A stretch of 64,000 nt of DNA from Bacteroidia bacterium (GCA_026391215.1 JAPLDX010000056.1:1-64000); one strand, 5' to 3'. Shown: positions 1 through 10,667, counted from the stretch's first letter. Made by a program: numbers and translations. The notes: generated by a model from the letters alone, not told the origin.

Positions 1-96
1 ATCATTGGTATGAAGAATAACTATTTTCTTTTCATTCTGAGCAACAAGTGGTATAGAAAATATCAGAAACAGTGAAATGGCAGCTGTTTTTTTCAT
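1..96 (-). CDS. N-terminus of a secreted 5'-nucleotidase/metallophosphoesterase-family protein (runs off window)
   Basis: Not in ORF track; manual translation from ATG 96 gives MKKTAAISLFLIFSIPLVAQNEKKIVILHTND: signal peptide plus ILHTND first metal-binding motif. Confidence 0.75.
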   Translation of the reverse strand, partial: MKKTAAISLFLIFSIPLVAQNEKKIVILHTND

Positions 97-130
97 GTGA
101 TGGTATATTGAATAAATAAAAATACAAAAA

Positions 131-1420
131 TTAAATTACCTCAGCCACAATAAACGTACTGCCACCAATAAATATCATATCAGATTCCAAAGCTATATCC
201 CTTGCGGCTTTAAGTGCCTTATTAACATCAGCATAACTGTTTCCATGCAGACCAAATTCTGAAGCTTTTGATCTCAGGATTTTTTCGCTAAGGGCTCTTT
301 GTACCGATGCCCTGGTAAAATAGTATTTTGCATCAGCAGGAAAAAGAGGCAATATTGAACCTATATCCTTATCACTTACAAAACCGATTACAATATGCAA
401 TCCTGTTTTGGGTATATTTTTTATCTGTCGGAGTACATATTCCAGTCCTTCCTTGTTATGACCTGTGTCACAGACTGTAAAAGGCTTATGATCAAGAATC
501 TGCCAGCGCCCTTTCAGTCCTGTATTTGCCACTGTATTTTTTATTCCTTTTATTAAATCCCCCTTTGAAATATTAAAGGAACGTTCCAGAACCTTAATTG
601 CCTGGAATAGTGTCTGCAGATTCCTGAACTGGTAATCACCTCCGAGTGGTGTTACTCCTGAGATTAATCTGGTATCTTTTAAATCATGTATTTCAAATTG
701 ACGCTCTCCTTCAGCACTGATTGTTTTATCAAAAAGGCATCTGAAGTTATCGTCGGCAAAGACTATCTCAGATCCCGTTTTAGCTGCCCGCGAAATAAAA
801 ACATCCTTTAATCCTGCCTGAGTTTCACCAATAACGACAGGAACGCTCTTCTTTATTATGCCTGCCTTTTCGGAAGCGACTTTTTCAAGAGTGTTACCCA
901 GAAGATCCATATGATCATGTCCGATATTGGTAATAACTGAAAGTACAGGATTGATAATGTTTGTTGAATCGAGCCTACCTCCCAGTCCTGTTTCAATCAC
1001 AGCTACATCAGCATTTGTCCTGGCGAAATAATCAAATGCCATTGCAGCCGTCATCTCAAAAAAAGAAGGATTGACTGACTTAATTATGCCATTATGCTTT
1101 TTTAAAAAAGCCGTGACCTCTCTTTTTGGTATCATTTCGCCGTTCACCCTGATCCTCTCCCTGAAATCCTTAAGGTGAGGCGATGTATAAAGACCAGTTT
1201 TGTAGCCTGCTTCCTGTAGAACTGATGCGATCATGTGGGAAACTGATCCCTTGCCGTTAGTTCCTGCAATATGTATGGTCCTGTACCTGGAATGAGGATG
1301 ACCAAAATATTCATCCAGTGCATTGGTATTATCAAGATTATTCTTATAGGCAGCTTTCCCTATACGGTGATAAGCTGGTAATTGAGAGTAGAGAAACTCT
1401 AGGGTTTGATTATATGTCAT
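131..1420 (-). CDS. folC: Folylpolyglutamate synthase/dihydrofolate synthase
   Basis: IHIAGTNGKGS P-loop, YTSPHL, ETGLGGRLDSTN, EKAGIIK. Confidence 0.97.
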   Translation of the reverse strand: MTYNQTLEFLYSQLPAYHRIGKAAYKNNLDNTNALDEYFGHPHSRYRTIHIAGTNGKGSVSHMIASVLQEAGYKTGLYTSPHLKDFRERIRVNGEMIPKREVTAFLKKHNGIIKSVNPSFFEMTAAMAFDYFARTNADVAVIETGLGGRLDSTNIINPVLSVITNIGHDHMDLLGNTLEKVASEKAGIIKKSVPVVIGETQAGLKDVFISRAAKTGSEIVFADDNFRCLFDKTISAEGERQFEIHDLKDTRLISGVTPLGGDYQFRNLQTLFQAIKVLERSFNISKGDLIKGIKNTVANTGLKGRWQILDHKPFTVCDTGHNKEGLEYVLRQIKNIPKTGLHIVIGFVSDKDIGSILPLFPADAKYYFTRASVQRALSEKILRSKASEFGLHGNSYADVNKALKAARDIALESDMIFIGGSTFIVAEVI

Positions 1421-1426
1421 CTTATT

Positions 1427-1948
1427 TCATTTAGCCTGCCAGTTGTTTTTTCTGATCTTTTCCGGTTCATATCTGTCGGGAATTTCAGCAGGTATTTTAA
1501 CCGGAACGCCCACTGAAATAATCGATAAAGGATGTACATGGTCAGGCAAAGACAGAACGGAACTTACCCCACTTATCCTGTCAGGTCTGGGTTCCACTCC
1601 AAGCCACACTGCACCAAGTCCAAATGAATGGGCAGCAAGAAGAATATTCTGTGCTGCTGCCGAACAATCAAGCTTGTAATAGCCGGGGCCGTTTTCAAGG
1701 TTTTCATCACCGCAAACTACAATGGCATGACTTGCTTCCGAAAGCATGGAAGAATATGGATGGATCTTCATTATCTGTTTCAATACCTCCCTGTCATCAA
1801 CTATAATAAAGTGCCAGGGCCTTTTATTTCTTGCAGAAGGTGCATACATGCCTGCTTTTATAATGGCAAATATCTGTTCCTCCTTTATTTTCTCACCTGT
1901 ATATTTACGTATGCTTCGTCTTGTTAACAGTCCTTCATAGAGTTCCAT
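1427..1948 (-). CDS. Nitroreductase family protein
   Basis: RRSIRKY, APSARNKRPW, QNILLAAHSFGLGAVW. Confidence 0.93.
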   Translation of the reverse strand: MELYEGLLTRRSIRKYTGEKIKEEQIFAIIKAGMYAPSARNKRPWHFIIVDDREVLKQIMKIHPYSSMLSEASHAIVVCGDENLENGPGYYKLDCSAAAQNILLAAHSFGLGAVWLGVEPRPDRISGVSSVLSLPDHVHPLSIISVGVPVKIPAEIPDRYEPEKIRKNNWQAK

Positions 1949-2080
1949 ACCTGGTATTTTTAATACAAATTAACTTACTTTCAACATGCTTACAAATTAA
2001 TACTATATTTTCGTTATTTTTACAAATCGGAAGAAGCATGAGTATTCATTATTATTTTATTGATTATAAAGAACTTGGGT

Positions 2081-3415
2081 ATGACAAAAAAATTAAATAA
2101 GAAACTTTTTATCATCGATACAAATGTCCTTCTCCATGATTATAAATGCATTTATAATTTTGAGGAGAATGATGTGATTATTCCCATTGTAGTACTTGAA
2201 GAGCTTGACAAATTCAAAAGAGGCAATGACCTTATAAACTTTCATGCCAGGGAGTTTACCCGGGAGCTTGACAAACTGTCAGGAGACATGCTCCTCACGG
2301 CCAATATCCCGCTGGGAGAGAATCTTGGCAACCTGCATATTGAAACCGGGAGGGACTTTTCAGAAAAGGTAAACCAGTCGTTTCCTGAAAGGACATCTGA
2401 CCACAGGATACTTGCAATTGCAGAATATGTATCTAACGCCAACAAGAACAAAACAGTAGTTCTGATAACCAAGGACATAAACCTCAGGATGAAGGCAAAA
2501 TCGCTGGGCATTATTGCACAGGATTATCAGAACGACAAAGTTGCGAACATTGACGACCTCTATAAGGGAATTAAGATTCTTGAAGGCGTTGACCAGGGAC
2601 TTATAAGCAAGCTGTATGAGCTTCCTGAGGGTGTCAGCGCTGAGGAATTCAAGCTTGAACCGGAGCTTAAAGGGCACCAGTTTTTTATAATGAAAAATAA
2701 TGGAGCCAGCGCCCTTGCCCATTATAATCCTGTGGCCAAGCTTCTTACAAGGGTCATAAAACAAACTACCTATGGTATTGATCCAAGGAATGCTGAACAG
2801 ACTTTTGCGCTTGAAGCTCTTGCAAATCCTGATATTCAGCTGGTTTCACTTACAGGGAAGGCAGGTACAGGTAAAACTCTGCTTGCCCTGGCTGCGGCTC
2901 TTGCACAGCATAAAAGATATAAGCAGATCTTCCTTGCCCGTCCCATTGTTCCTCTGGCAAACCGCGACCTTGGATTCCTTCCGGGTGATCTGAAGGAGAA
3001 AATGGATCCTTATATGCAGCCTCTTTATGATAATCTTACTGTCATCAAGCATAAATTCAGCCACCAGAGTTCTGAATTCCTTCGCATTAACGACATGGTG
3101 AAGGAGGAGAAGCTGGTGATAACGCCTCTTGCCTATATCAGAGGGAGAAGTCTTTCCAGCATCTTTTTCATTGTCGATGAAGCGCAGAATCTTACTCCTC
3201 ATGAGATTAAAACCATTATCACCCGCGCGGGTGAAGGAACAAAAATGGTTTTTACGGGAGATATTGAACAAATTGATTCCCCGTATCTTGACACGGCATC
3301 AAACGGATTAAGCTATCTTTCAGATAAGATGAAGAGCCAGGATATCTTTGCTCACATCAACCTGGTAAAGGGAGAACGCAGCTTCCTGGCAGAGCTTGCA
3401 AGCAAAGTATTGTAG
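2081..3415 (+). CDS. PIN-PhoH (PhoH2/YlaK-type) ATPase-RNase
   Basis: PIN motifs IDTNVLL, EELD, D.RIL, TKD.NLR; GKAGTGKT, LGFLPG, YIRGRS, DEAQN; ATG 2081 preferred over TTG 2060. Confidence 0.92.
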   Translation: MTKKLNKKLFIIDTNVLLHDYKCIYNFEENDVIIPIVVLEELDKFKRGNDLINFHAREFTRELDKLSGDMLLTANIPLGENLGNLHIETGRDFSEKVNQSFPERTSDHRILAIAEYVSNANKNKTVVLITKDINLRMKAKSLGIIAQDYQNDKVANIDDLYKGIKILEGVDQGLISKLYELPEGVSAEEFKLEPELKGHQFFIMKNNGASALAHYNPVAKLLTRVIKQTTYGIDPRNAEQTFALEALANPDIQLVSLTGKAGTGKTLLALAAALAQHKRYKQIFLARPIVPLANRDLGFLPGDLKEKMDPYMQPLYDNLTVIKHKFSHQSSEFLRINDMVKEEKLVITPLAYIRGRSLSSIFFIVDEAQNLTPHEIKTIITRAGEGTKMVFTGDIEQIDSPYLDTASNGLSYLSDKMKSQDIFAHINLVKGERSFLAELASKVL

Positions 3416-3443
3416 TAATATCATAACTTTAAACCATATAACC

Positions 3444-4115
3444 ATGAAGATCAGGCATTTTTCAGTATTTATTATTCTGTCCCTCATTTTGGCAGTGCCA
3501 TTATCAGCCCAGTCGAAAAAGAAGACAAAAGCGACTAAAGAACGAAAAGCAGAAAAAGTTCAGCTATTTAATGGAAAAGATCTGAATAACTGGGCTTTCA
3601 AGTTAAAAGACCCATCAGTCGATCCTGCAACCGTTTTTACTGTTCAGAACGGCTTCATTCATATAAATGGAAATCCATACGGATATATGCGCACAAAAGA
3701 ATCATATTCTGATTATCTCCTTCATGTTGAATACCAATGGCCCGTTGAGGCAACAAACAGCGGTATCTTTATCCATGCCCAGCAGCCCGACACTATCTGG
3801 CCAAAATGTGTCGAGGTTCAGCTTGCAGCAGGAAATGCAGGTGACTTTATCGTCGTGGGTGGCGTTAACATGAATGAGCAGGCTGATAAATCAAAGAGAG
3901 TGCTGAAGAAAATGGCTGCTTCCTCTGAAAAACCTGTGGGAGAATGGAATATCATTGAGGTAGCTTGCAAGGCAAATACAATAGAAGTGTTTGTTAACGG
4001 AGTGCTTCAGAATAAAGGAACGGGGGTCACAGTTAACAAAGGTCATATCTGTCTGCAAAGCGAAGGCAAAGACATTGAATTCAGGAATGTCTTTCTGACA
4101 AAACTTAAGAAATAG
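3444..4115 (+). CDS. DUF1080 (3-keto-glycoside hydrolase-like) secreted protein
   Basis: Signal peptide from ATG 3444; LFNGKDL..W, NSGIF, GEWN, GHICLQSEG..IEFRN. Confidence 0.88.
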   Translation: MKIRHFSVFIILSLILAVPLSAQSKKKTKATKERKAEKVQLFNGKDLNNWAFKLKDPSVDPATVFTVQNGFIHINGNPYGYMRTKESYSDYLLHVEYQWPVEATNSGIFIHAQQPDTIWPKCVEVQLAAGNAGDFIVVGGVNMNEQADKSKRVLKKMAASSEKPVGEWNIIEVACKANTIEVFVNGVLQNKGTGVTVNKGHICLQSEGKDIEFRNVFLTKLKK

Positions 4116-4131
4116 GCCGCAGGTCGGGTTC

Positions 4132-5439
4132 ATGAATAACTTGAAAAGAAAAAAGGTAGCTTTTCATACTCTTGGCTGCAAGCTTAATTTTGCCGAAACA
4201 TCGACCATATCAAGACTATTTCCGGAAGAACAATTCGAAAAGGTTCCTGCCCGGCAGAAGGCTGATGTTTATGTCATCAATACATGTTCTGTAACTGATG
4301 TTGCCGATAAGAAATGCCGCCAGGCAATAAAGAGATTCATCCATCTTTCGCCCGATGCCTTTATTGCTGTTGTTGGCTGCTATGCTCAGCTCAAACCACA
4401 GGAAATATCAGCAATCCCCGGAGTGGATCTTGTCCTTGGAATCAATGAAAAATTTGATATTGCCGGCTATATCACCGGACTTGAAAAAAGAAAGAAAGCA
4501 GAAATAAGTTCATGCGCTCTTTCAGATTCTGACAGATTTAATCCTTCCTGGTCAGCAGGTGACAGAACACGGTCATTTCTGAAGGTCCAGGATGGATGTG
4601 ATTACGGCTGCTCCTATTGCACCGTTCCCCTGGCAAGGGGACGAAGCAAAAACCCTAATATAATAACTCTCTGCGGTCAGGCCGCAGATATAGCAAACAA
4701 AGGTGTCAAAGAGATCGTTCTTACCGGAGTGAACATCGGAGATTTCGGAAAATCAACCGGAGAATCGTTTACTGACCTTATTAAAGAACTGATAAAAGTG
4801 CCCGGCATCGAAAGATACCGGATATCATCCATTGAACCGAACCTCCTTACAGATGAGCTGATTGAGCTTGCCTTCAGCAACAAAAAGATCCTGCCTCATT
4901 TCCATATCCCTCTTCAGAGCGGATGCGACAGGATACTGGGGCTTATGAGGAGAAGATATAAAAGAGAGATTTTTGCTGAAAGGGTAAAGATTATAAAGAA
5001 GCTGATCCCCCTTGCCGGTATCGGGGCCGATGTAATAGTTGGATTCCCTGGAGAAACGGAATCTGATTTCAGGGAAACGTATTCTTTTATCGAAAAGCTG
5101 CCGCTGACATATCTGCACGTATTCACCTTTTCCGAAAGACCCGGAACAGTTGCCTGGGATCTGCCGGGGAAGGTTAACCTTCAGGAAAGAGAAAGCAGAA
5201 GCAAAAAGCTCATCGCACTTTCTGAATTAAAACATTCCGGGTTCATGGGCCTGAATACCGGTTATAATGCTGAGGTTCTTTTTGAAAAAGTACGCACCAG
5301 CGGTATGATCACTGGTTTTACCGGGAATTACCTGCGGGTTGAATATCCATGGAATGCTAAGCTTGCAGGTCAAATAAGGAAAGTAAATCTGAAAGGTTTA
5401 TCACCTTCAGGTAAAATGAGAGTTGAATTAATTGACTGA
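4132..5439 (+). CDS. mtaB: tRNA t6A37 methylthiotransferase (radical SAM)
   Basis: TLGCKLN.AET, INTCSVT, GCYAQ, KVQDGCDYGCSYC, HFHIPLQSG. Confidence 0.93.
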   Translation: MNNLKRKKVAFHTLGCKLNFAETSTISRLFPEEQFEKVPARQKADVYVINTCSVTDVADKKCRQAIKRFIHLSPDAFIAVVGCYAQLKPQEISAIPGVDLVLGINEKFDIAGYITGLEKRKKAEISSCALSDSDRFNPSWSAGDRTRSFLKVQDGCDYGCSYCTVPLARGRSKNPNIITLCGQAADIANKGVKEIVLTGVNIGDFGKSTGESFTDLIKELIKVPGIERYRISSIEPNLLTDELIELAFSNKKILPHFHIPLQSGCDRILGLMRRRYKREIFAERVKIIKKLIPLAGIGADVIVGFPGETESDFRETYSFIEKLPLTYLHVFTFSERPGTVAWDLPGKVNLQERESRSKKLIALSELKHSGFMGLNTGYNAEVLFEKVRTSGMITGFTGNYLRVEYPWNAKLAGQIRKVNLKGLSPSGKMRVELID

Positions 5440-5442
5440 TAT

Positions 5443-6240
5443 ATGGTTAACTATAAAAGTATATGCAGGGAGGTGGTGAAAGCAGTTCGTGAAACAGGAA
5501 AGTTTATCCGCGAGGAATCATCGGGATTTGATATAAACAAAACTGAAAGCAAAGGTCTTCACGATTTTGTAAGCTATGTCGACAAGGGTTCCGAAAAGAT
5601 GCTGGTTGATAAACTCGGGAAGATACTGCCGGAAGCCGGTTTTATTGCAGAAGAAGGCACCTCATCAAAGAAAGGTGTCAGGTTTTGCTGGGTTATTGAT
5701 CCTCTCGACGGGACAACCAATTTCCTTCATGGAGTGCATCCGTTTGCCATAAGTGTTGCATTGATGGATTATGATGAGCCTGTTGTAGGAGTAGTGTATG
5801 AAGCTGCCGGAAATGAAATTTTCAGATCCTGGAAAAATGGCGGCGCATGGCTTAATGCCCGGCCGGTACACGTATCTTCTGCCCCGGCTCTTTCAGACAG
5901 CCTGATAGCTACAGGTTTCCCGTACTATGATTTTAAACGCCTTGGAAATTTCATGGATAGCCTTGCACATTTCTGCAAAACAACACATGGAATAAGAAGG
6001 CTCGGATCTGCCTCTATCGATCTCGCTTATGTCGCATGCGGACGATTTGAGGCATTCTATGAATACGGTCTTAAGCCATGGGATGTTGCTGCCGGCATCC
6101 TTCTTGTAAGGGAAGCCGGCGGCCGTGTCAGCGACTTCTCAGGCAATGAAAAAAATATTTCCGGCAATGAGATAGTTGCTGCCAATAATCTCGTTTTTCC
6201 TGAATTTCTGAAAAATGTGAGTAAATTTATGATCAGTTAA
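5443..6240 (+). CDS. suhB: Inositol monophosphatase family protein
   Basis: WVIDPLDGTTNF, RRLGSA, PWDVAAG. Confidence 0.92.
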   Translation: MVNYKSICREVVKAVRETGKFIREESSGFDINKTESKGLHDFVSYVDKGSEKMLVDKLGKILPEAGFIAEEGTSSKKGVRFCWVIDPLDGTTNFLHGVHPFAISVALMDYDEPVVGVVYEAAGNEIFRSWKNGGAWLNARPVHVSSAPALSDSLIATGFPYYDFKRLGNFMDSLAHFCKTTHGIRRLGSASIDLAYVACGRFEAFYEYGLKPWDVAAGILLVREAGGRVSDFSGNEKNISGNEIVAANNLVFPEFLKNVSKFMIS

Positions 6241-6251
6241 ATTTCAGTGAA

Positions 6252-7136
6252 ATGGGAGTAATCGGATTTTATATTTTCTATGGCATAAACTGGATCATGA
6301 CTCTTCTTCCGCTCAGGATCCTGTTTATCTTCTCCGATCTCATCTTCCTGATTATGTATTATTTCCCGGGTTACCGCCGGAAAGTAGTGGCAACAAACCT
6401 GAAGAATTCCTTTCCGGAAAAAAGCGATAAGGAACTGAAAACAATTGAAGAAAAATTCTACCATCATTTTTGTGACCTGTTCATTGAGACTCTCAAGCTC
6501 ACTCATATGAGCAATAGACAACAGATAAAAAGAATGCATCTTACAAATCCGGAACTGCTTGACAGGTTCTATGACGAAGGCCGTGATGTAGTAATGGTAT
6601 TGGGACATTACGGAAACTGGGAATGGCTGAATATTCTGCCCAAATACACCAAATTAAGAAATGTCCCGATATACAAACCGCTGCAAAACAAACATTTTGA
6701 TCGTTTTATGCTTAACCTGAGGTCTTTGAACGATTGTGATCCGACTGCCATGTCGAACGTCATCAGAGAAATCATTAAAAACCGGAAGATTAACAGGCGG
6801 GCTCTCTATGGATTTATGACGGATCAGACGCCCCCAAAGGGAGAAATAAGATTCTGGACAAACTTCCTTAACCAGGATACAGCTGTTTACCTGGGCGCTG
6901 AAAAAATTGCCATGAAATATGATATGGCGATAGTCTTTATCAATATTCAAAAAATCAAAAGAGGGTATTATGACTTTACTGCAGAGCTCCTGATTGAAAA
7001 GACAGCTGGTATACATGAGCAGGTTATTACCGAGGCGCACGTAAAAAGACTCGAGGAAATTATACGTGAGAAACCTGAATTCTGGCTATGGAGCCATCGC
7101 AGGTGGAAACATAAACGGGAACATATAAATGGTTAA
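6252..7136 (+). CDS. Lipid A late acyltransferase-like (LpxL/HtrB family)
   Basis: NL..SFPE, GHYGNWE, DQTP, PEFWLWSHRRWK. Confidence 0.88.
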   Translation: MGVIGFYIFYGINWIMTLLPLRILFIFSDLIFLIMYYFPGYRRKVVATNLKNSFPEKSDKELKTIEEKFYHHFCDLFIETLKLTHMSNRQQIKRMHLTNPELLDRFYDEGRDVVMVLGHYGNWEWLNILPKYTKLRNVPIYKPLQNKHFDRFMLNLRSLNDCDPTAMSNVIREIIKNRKINRRALYGFMTDQTPPKGEIRFWTNFLNQDTAVYLGAEKIAMKYDMAIVFINIQKIKRGYYDFTAELLIEKTAGIHEQVITEAHVKRLEEIIREKPEFWLWSHRRWKHKREHING

Positions 7137-8166
7137 AACGGCAGTAGTCATATTGAACTGGAACGGCATAGAGTACTTGAAATTGTTCCTTGATAAGGTC
7201 ATCAGCTATACTGTTAATGATGATACTATATTATATGTGGCCGACAATGGCTCGGTTGATGGTTCTGTTGAATGGATCTCCGTCAGCCATAAAGAGGTAA
7301 AGATTATAAGACTGGGGAAAAACCATGGATTTGCAGGAGGATATAATCTTGCTCTTGAACAGGTTGATGCTCAATATTATGTCCTGCTCAATTCAGATAT
7401 TGAAGTTACCAAAGGATGGCTTCATCCATTGATAAATTATCTGGACAATAATCGGGATGTAGCTTCCTGTCAGCCTAAGATACTCTCATATGGTAAAAGG
7501 GATCATTTTGAATATGCAGGCGCAGCAGGCGGTTTTATTGACAGATACGGTTACCCGTTATGCAGGGGAAGGATCCTTACATGTATTGAAAAAGATACCG
7601 GGCAATATGATAACACAACTGATATTTTCTGGTCAACCGGGGCCTGTATGGCGGTCCGTGCTGAAGCCTGGAAGAAATGCGGGGGATTCGATGCTGACTT
7701 CTTTGCCCATATGGAGGAAATAGATCTTTGCTGGCGTTTCCACAGGTCAGGATACCGGGTGTCATACGTACCTCAATCATCGGTATATCATGTCGGAGGA
7801 GGGACGCTTCCTTACGACTCACCATTTAAAACTTATCTCAACTTCCGCAACAGCCTCTTCCTTTTATATAAGAACCTGCCTGATAAAATGATTAAACGTA
7901 TCCTTTTTATCAGGAAGATCCTTGATGGAATTGCTGCATTGTTTTTCATGCTGAAGGGACAATTCAGAAGTGTCGGATCTGTATGGAAAGCCCATAAGGA
8001 TTACTACCGGGAGATGGATCATCTAAAGGAGAAAAGAAAGATTGTCAAAGAACTCTGCAGGAAGGAGAATGCTGAAATGATTTTGAACAAATCTATCGTT
8101 TTTGAGTTCTATATAAAAAGACACAGAACTTATGCGGAACTGAAAACGAAATTTTTATTTTCATGA
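7129..8166 (+). CDS. Glycosyltransferase family 2
   Basis: VILNWNG, VADNGS.D, LLNSD, HMEEIDLCWR. Confidence 0.92.
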   Translation: MVKTAVVILNWNGIEYLKLFLDKVISYTVNDDTILYVADNGSVDGSVEWISVSHKEVKIIRLGKNHGFAGGYNLALEQVDAQYYVLLNSDIEVTKGWLHPLINYLDNNRDVASCQPKILSYGKRDHFEYAGAAGGFIDRYGYPLCRGRILTCIEKDTGQYDNTTDIFWSTGACMAVRAEAWKKCGGFDADFFAHMEEIDLCWRFHRSGYRVSYVPQSSVYHVGGGTLPYDSPFKTYLNFRNSLFLLYKNLPDKMIKRILFIRKILDGIAALFFMLKGQFRSVGSVWKAHKDYYREMDHLKEKRKIVKELCRKENAEMILNKSIVFEFYIKRHRTYAELKTKFLFS

Positions 8167-9317
8167 AGACCTACCAGCTGATAGTTTTCCTGCTAATTGT
8201 ATTTGCCGTTTATTTTATCGGGAATGCCTATATCTTTTTCAAGGGATATAATATTATTCCACCGGTAAGGGAGAAAAGGGTACTCTATACCATAATTTTT
8301 ATTGCGATCGCAGTCACTTTTATTGCTGCCAAAATACTTGAATCGAGACACTCTTCAGTTCTTACGGATATCCTGAACATAATCGGCGGATTCTGGATGG
8401 CCTTTATGTTATATGGATTTATTTTCCTGATCCTTTCGGATATAACAGCGCTTATTTTACGCATCCCGGGTATTATTAACAGCGGCAATATAATGAATTA
8501 CAGGAAGTGGGCATTTTTTATAACTGCAGGCATTTCAGTAGTTCTTATCCTCGGAGGTTTTATCAATGCTGTTATCCCTGTCGTAAGCAGATATGACATA
8601 ACCATAAACAAAGCAGCAGATGATGTAAAGGAATTGAAGATAGCGGCCGTATCAGATATTCACCTTGGAAGCATTATCCGCAAAAGAAGCCTAAAGAAAT
8701 TATCCGGAATGTTTGAACGGGAACAACCTGATATTGTTTTTCTTCTTGGAGATATAGTAGACGGGGAACTGGGCCCGGTTCTCAGGGGTGATCTGCTCCA
8801 GTACTTTACTATGCCTCATACTGTGGATGGTCTGTTTGCCATTACCGGCAATCATGAATTTATAGGAGGGGCTGATCGTACTATTCCCTATATCGAAAGC
8901 AAGGGGATCACTGTTCTTAAAGATGAAATTATTAAACTCCCCGGAGGCATTCAGCTGATAGGAAGGCTCGACAGGGATTCCCGAAGATTTTATGGAAAAG
9001 ATCGTCTGCCTCTTTCAGATCTGATGAAAGATATTGATCATTCAAGACCGGTGATCGTTCTCGATCACCAGCCCTTCAACCTTGAGGAAGCTGAGAAAAA
9101 CGGAGTTGATCTTCAGCTGTCGGGACACACTCATAACGGGCAGTTCTGGCCTTTGAATTACATTACCCGCAAGATGTATGAATTAAGCTATGGATACCAG
9201 AGGAAAGGTAACACTCAGATTATTGTGTCATCTGGTTTTGGATTATGGGGGCCTCGTGTGAGATCCGGAAGCAGGTCTGAAATGATTGTTATCAATGTTA
9301 ATTTTACTGCAGATTAA
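8163..9317 (+). CDS. Membrane-bound metallophosphoesterase (YkuE/YaeI-like)
   Basis: N-terminal TM helices; SDIHLG, GDIVD, GNHE, HQP, SGHTH.GQ. Confidence 0.9.
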   Translation: MKTYQLIVFLLIVFAVYFIGNAYIFFKGYNIIPPVREKRVLYTIIFIAIAVTFIAAKILESRHSSVLTDILNIIGGFWMAFMLYGFIFLILSDITALILRIPGIINSGNIMNYRKWAFFITAGISVVLILGGFINAVIPVVSRYDITINKAADDVKELKIAAVSDIHLGSIIRKRSLKKLSGMFEREQPDIVFLLGDIVDGELGPVLRGDLLQYFTMPHTVDGLFAITGNHEFIGGADRTIPYIESKGITVLKDEIIKLPGGIQLIGRLDRDSRRFYGKDRLPLSDLMKDIDHSRPVIVLDHQPFNLEEAEKNGVDLQLSGHTHNGQFWPLNYITRKMYELSYGYQRKGNTQIIVSSGFGLWGPRVRSGSRSEMIVINVNFTAD

Positions 9318-10606
9318 AGCAGGTCATAGATCTGCTCAAGGGCCATCCCTCTTGATCCCTTTATCAGGATATGATTTCCTTTCACGGGTTTAGTTTTTAG
9401 AAACTCTTTAAGCCTTGCTACGTCGCGGAATGTTTTGAACCGGAAGCCCGCAGATACTTTACTGAATATTGGCCCGGTCAGGTATACATTTTTTATATTA
9501 TTATCACTCAGCACTTTGTGAATCTTTATATGCTCCTCCTCACTTTTATCTCCCAGTTCAAGCATATCTCCGAGAATGCAAATTTTATTTTCTGCCTTTA
9601 TTGCTGCAAACGATTCTATTGACATCCTCATGCTTAAAGGATTTGCATTATAAGAGTCGCAGATAAGAGTATTGTTTTTCGTCACCAGGACTTGAGATCT
9701 ATTGTTTCCGGGATTATAATTTTCGATTGCGTCAGCTATGTCATTCATTTCAACTCCGAAAAACAATCCGGTAGCAATCGCTGCTCTCACATTTTCAATA
9801 TTGAAAGTACCGAATAGCTTTGTTTTTAAAGTGTAGTCCTTATGCTGATACCTGACATGAAGGGTAAGGTTCAGGTCAGAAGGTACATAATTGACATAGA
9901 GATCAACACCTGTAGGATCTGAGAATGGCACTGCCCTGTTCACTATCCTGTATATTTTTTCTGAAAGCATCTGGTCCCTGTCATTGTAAAGTGCAATGCC
10001 GTTTATTTTCCTCAGGTGTTCATAGAGTTCTGTTTTAGTTTTCAGTACACCTTCCAGTGATCCGAAACCTTCAATATGTGCTGTGCCAACATTGGTTATC
10101 ATCCCATAGTCGGGTTTAGCTATCATGCACAGGGTGCGGATTTCACCGATATGGCTTGCTCCCATTTCGATAACCATCATTTCTGTGCCTTCGGGTGCTG
10201 AAAGAATTGTCAGCGGTACGCCGATCTGGTTATTCAGGTTTCCCCTGGTGGAATGAACCTTGAGTTTTTTTGATAATACGGCAGAAACAAGTTCTTTAGT
10301 TGTTGTTTTTCCGTTTGTCCCGGTAATTGCCAGGACAGAAGCATTCATTTCCTTTCTGTGATGAGAGGCAAGTGCCTGAAGTTCAATAAGACAATCGTCG
10401 ACGAGGATAGTTTTTTCGATTTCAAATGCTTCATCATCAATAATTGCCCAGGATGCGCCTTTTTCCAGTGCATCTGCAGCATATTTGTTCCCATTATATT
10501 TCTCGCCCCACAGAGCAAAGAATATCTGGTTCTTTCCTACTGTTCTGGAATCGGTGGAGACACCTGATGATTCCCTGAAAAGATGATAAAGCTGTTCCGT
10601 TTTCAT
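9314..10606 (-). CDS. murF: UDP-MurNAc-tripeptide:D-Ala-D-Ala ligase
   Basis: STDSR, ITGTNGKTTTKE, NNQIGVP, DSYNANP, LGDMLELG, KGSRG; ATG 10606 preferred because 10627 lies in a hairpin. Confidence 0.96.
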   Translation of the reverse strand: MKTEQLYHLFRESSGVSTDSRTVGKNQIFFALWGEKYNGNKYAADALEKGASWAIIDDEAFEIEKTILVDDCLIELQALASHHRKEMNASVLAITGTNGKTTTKELVSAVLSKKLKVHSTRGNLNNQIGVPLTILSAPEGTEMMVIEMGASHIGEIRTLCMIAKPDYGMITNVGTAHIEGFGSLEGVLKTKTELYEHLRKINGIALYNDRDQMLSEKIYRIVNRAVPFSDPTGVDLYVNYVPSDLNLTLHVRYQHKDYTLKTKLFGTFNIENVRAAIATGLFFGVEMNDIADAIENYNPGNNRSQVLVTKNNTLICDSYNANPLSMRMSIESFAAIKAENKICILGDMLELGDKSEEEHIKIHKVLSDNNIKNVYLTGPIFSKVSAGFRFKTFRDVARLKEFLKTKPVKGNHILIKGSRGMALEQIYDLL

Positions 10607-10612
10607 ATTTTC

Positions 10613-10646
10613 AAAAAAATGCCTCATTATGCAATCATAATGAGGC
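10613..10646 (-). terminator. Intrinsic terminator between gldJ and murF
   Basis: Perfect 11-bp inverted repeat GCCTCATTATG-caat-CATAATGAGGC followed on the minus strand by a T7 run. Confidence 0.75.
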
Positions 10647-10667
10647 TATTCACTGGAGTAATTTCCT

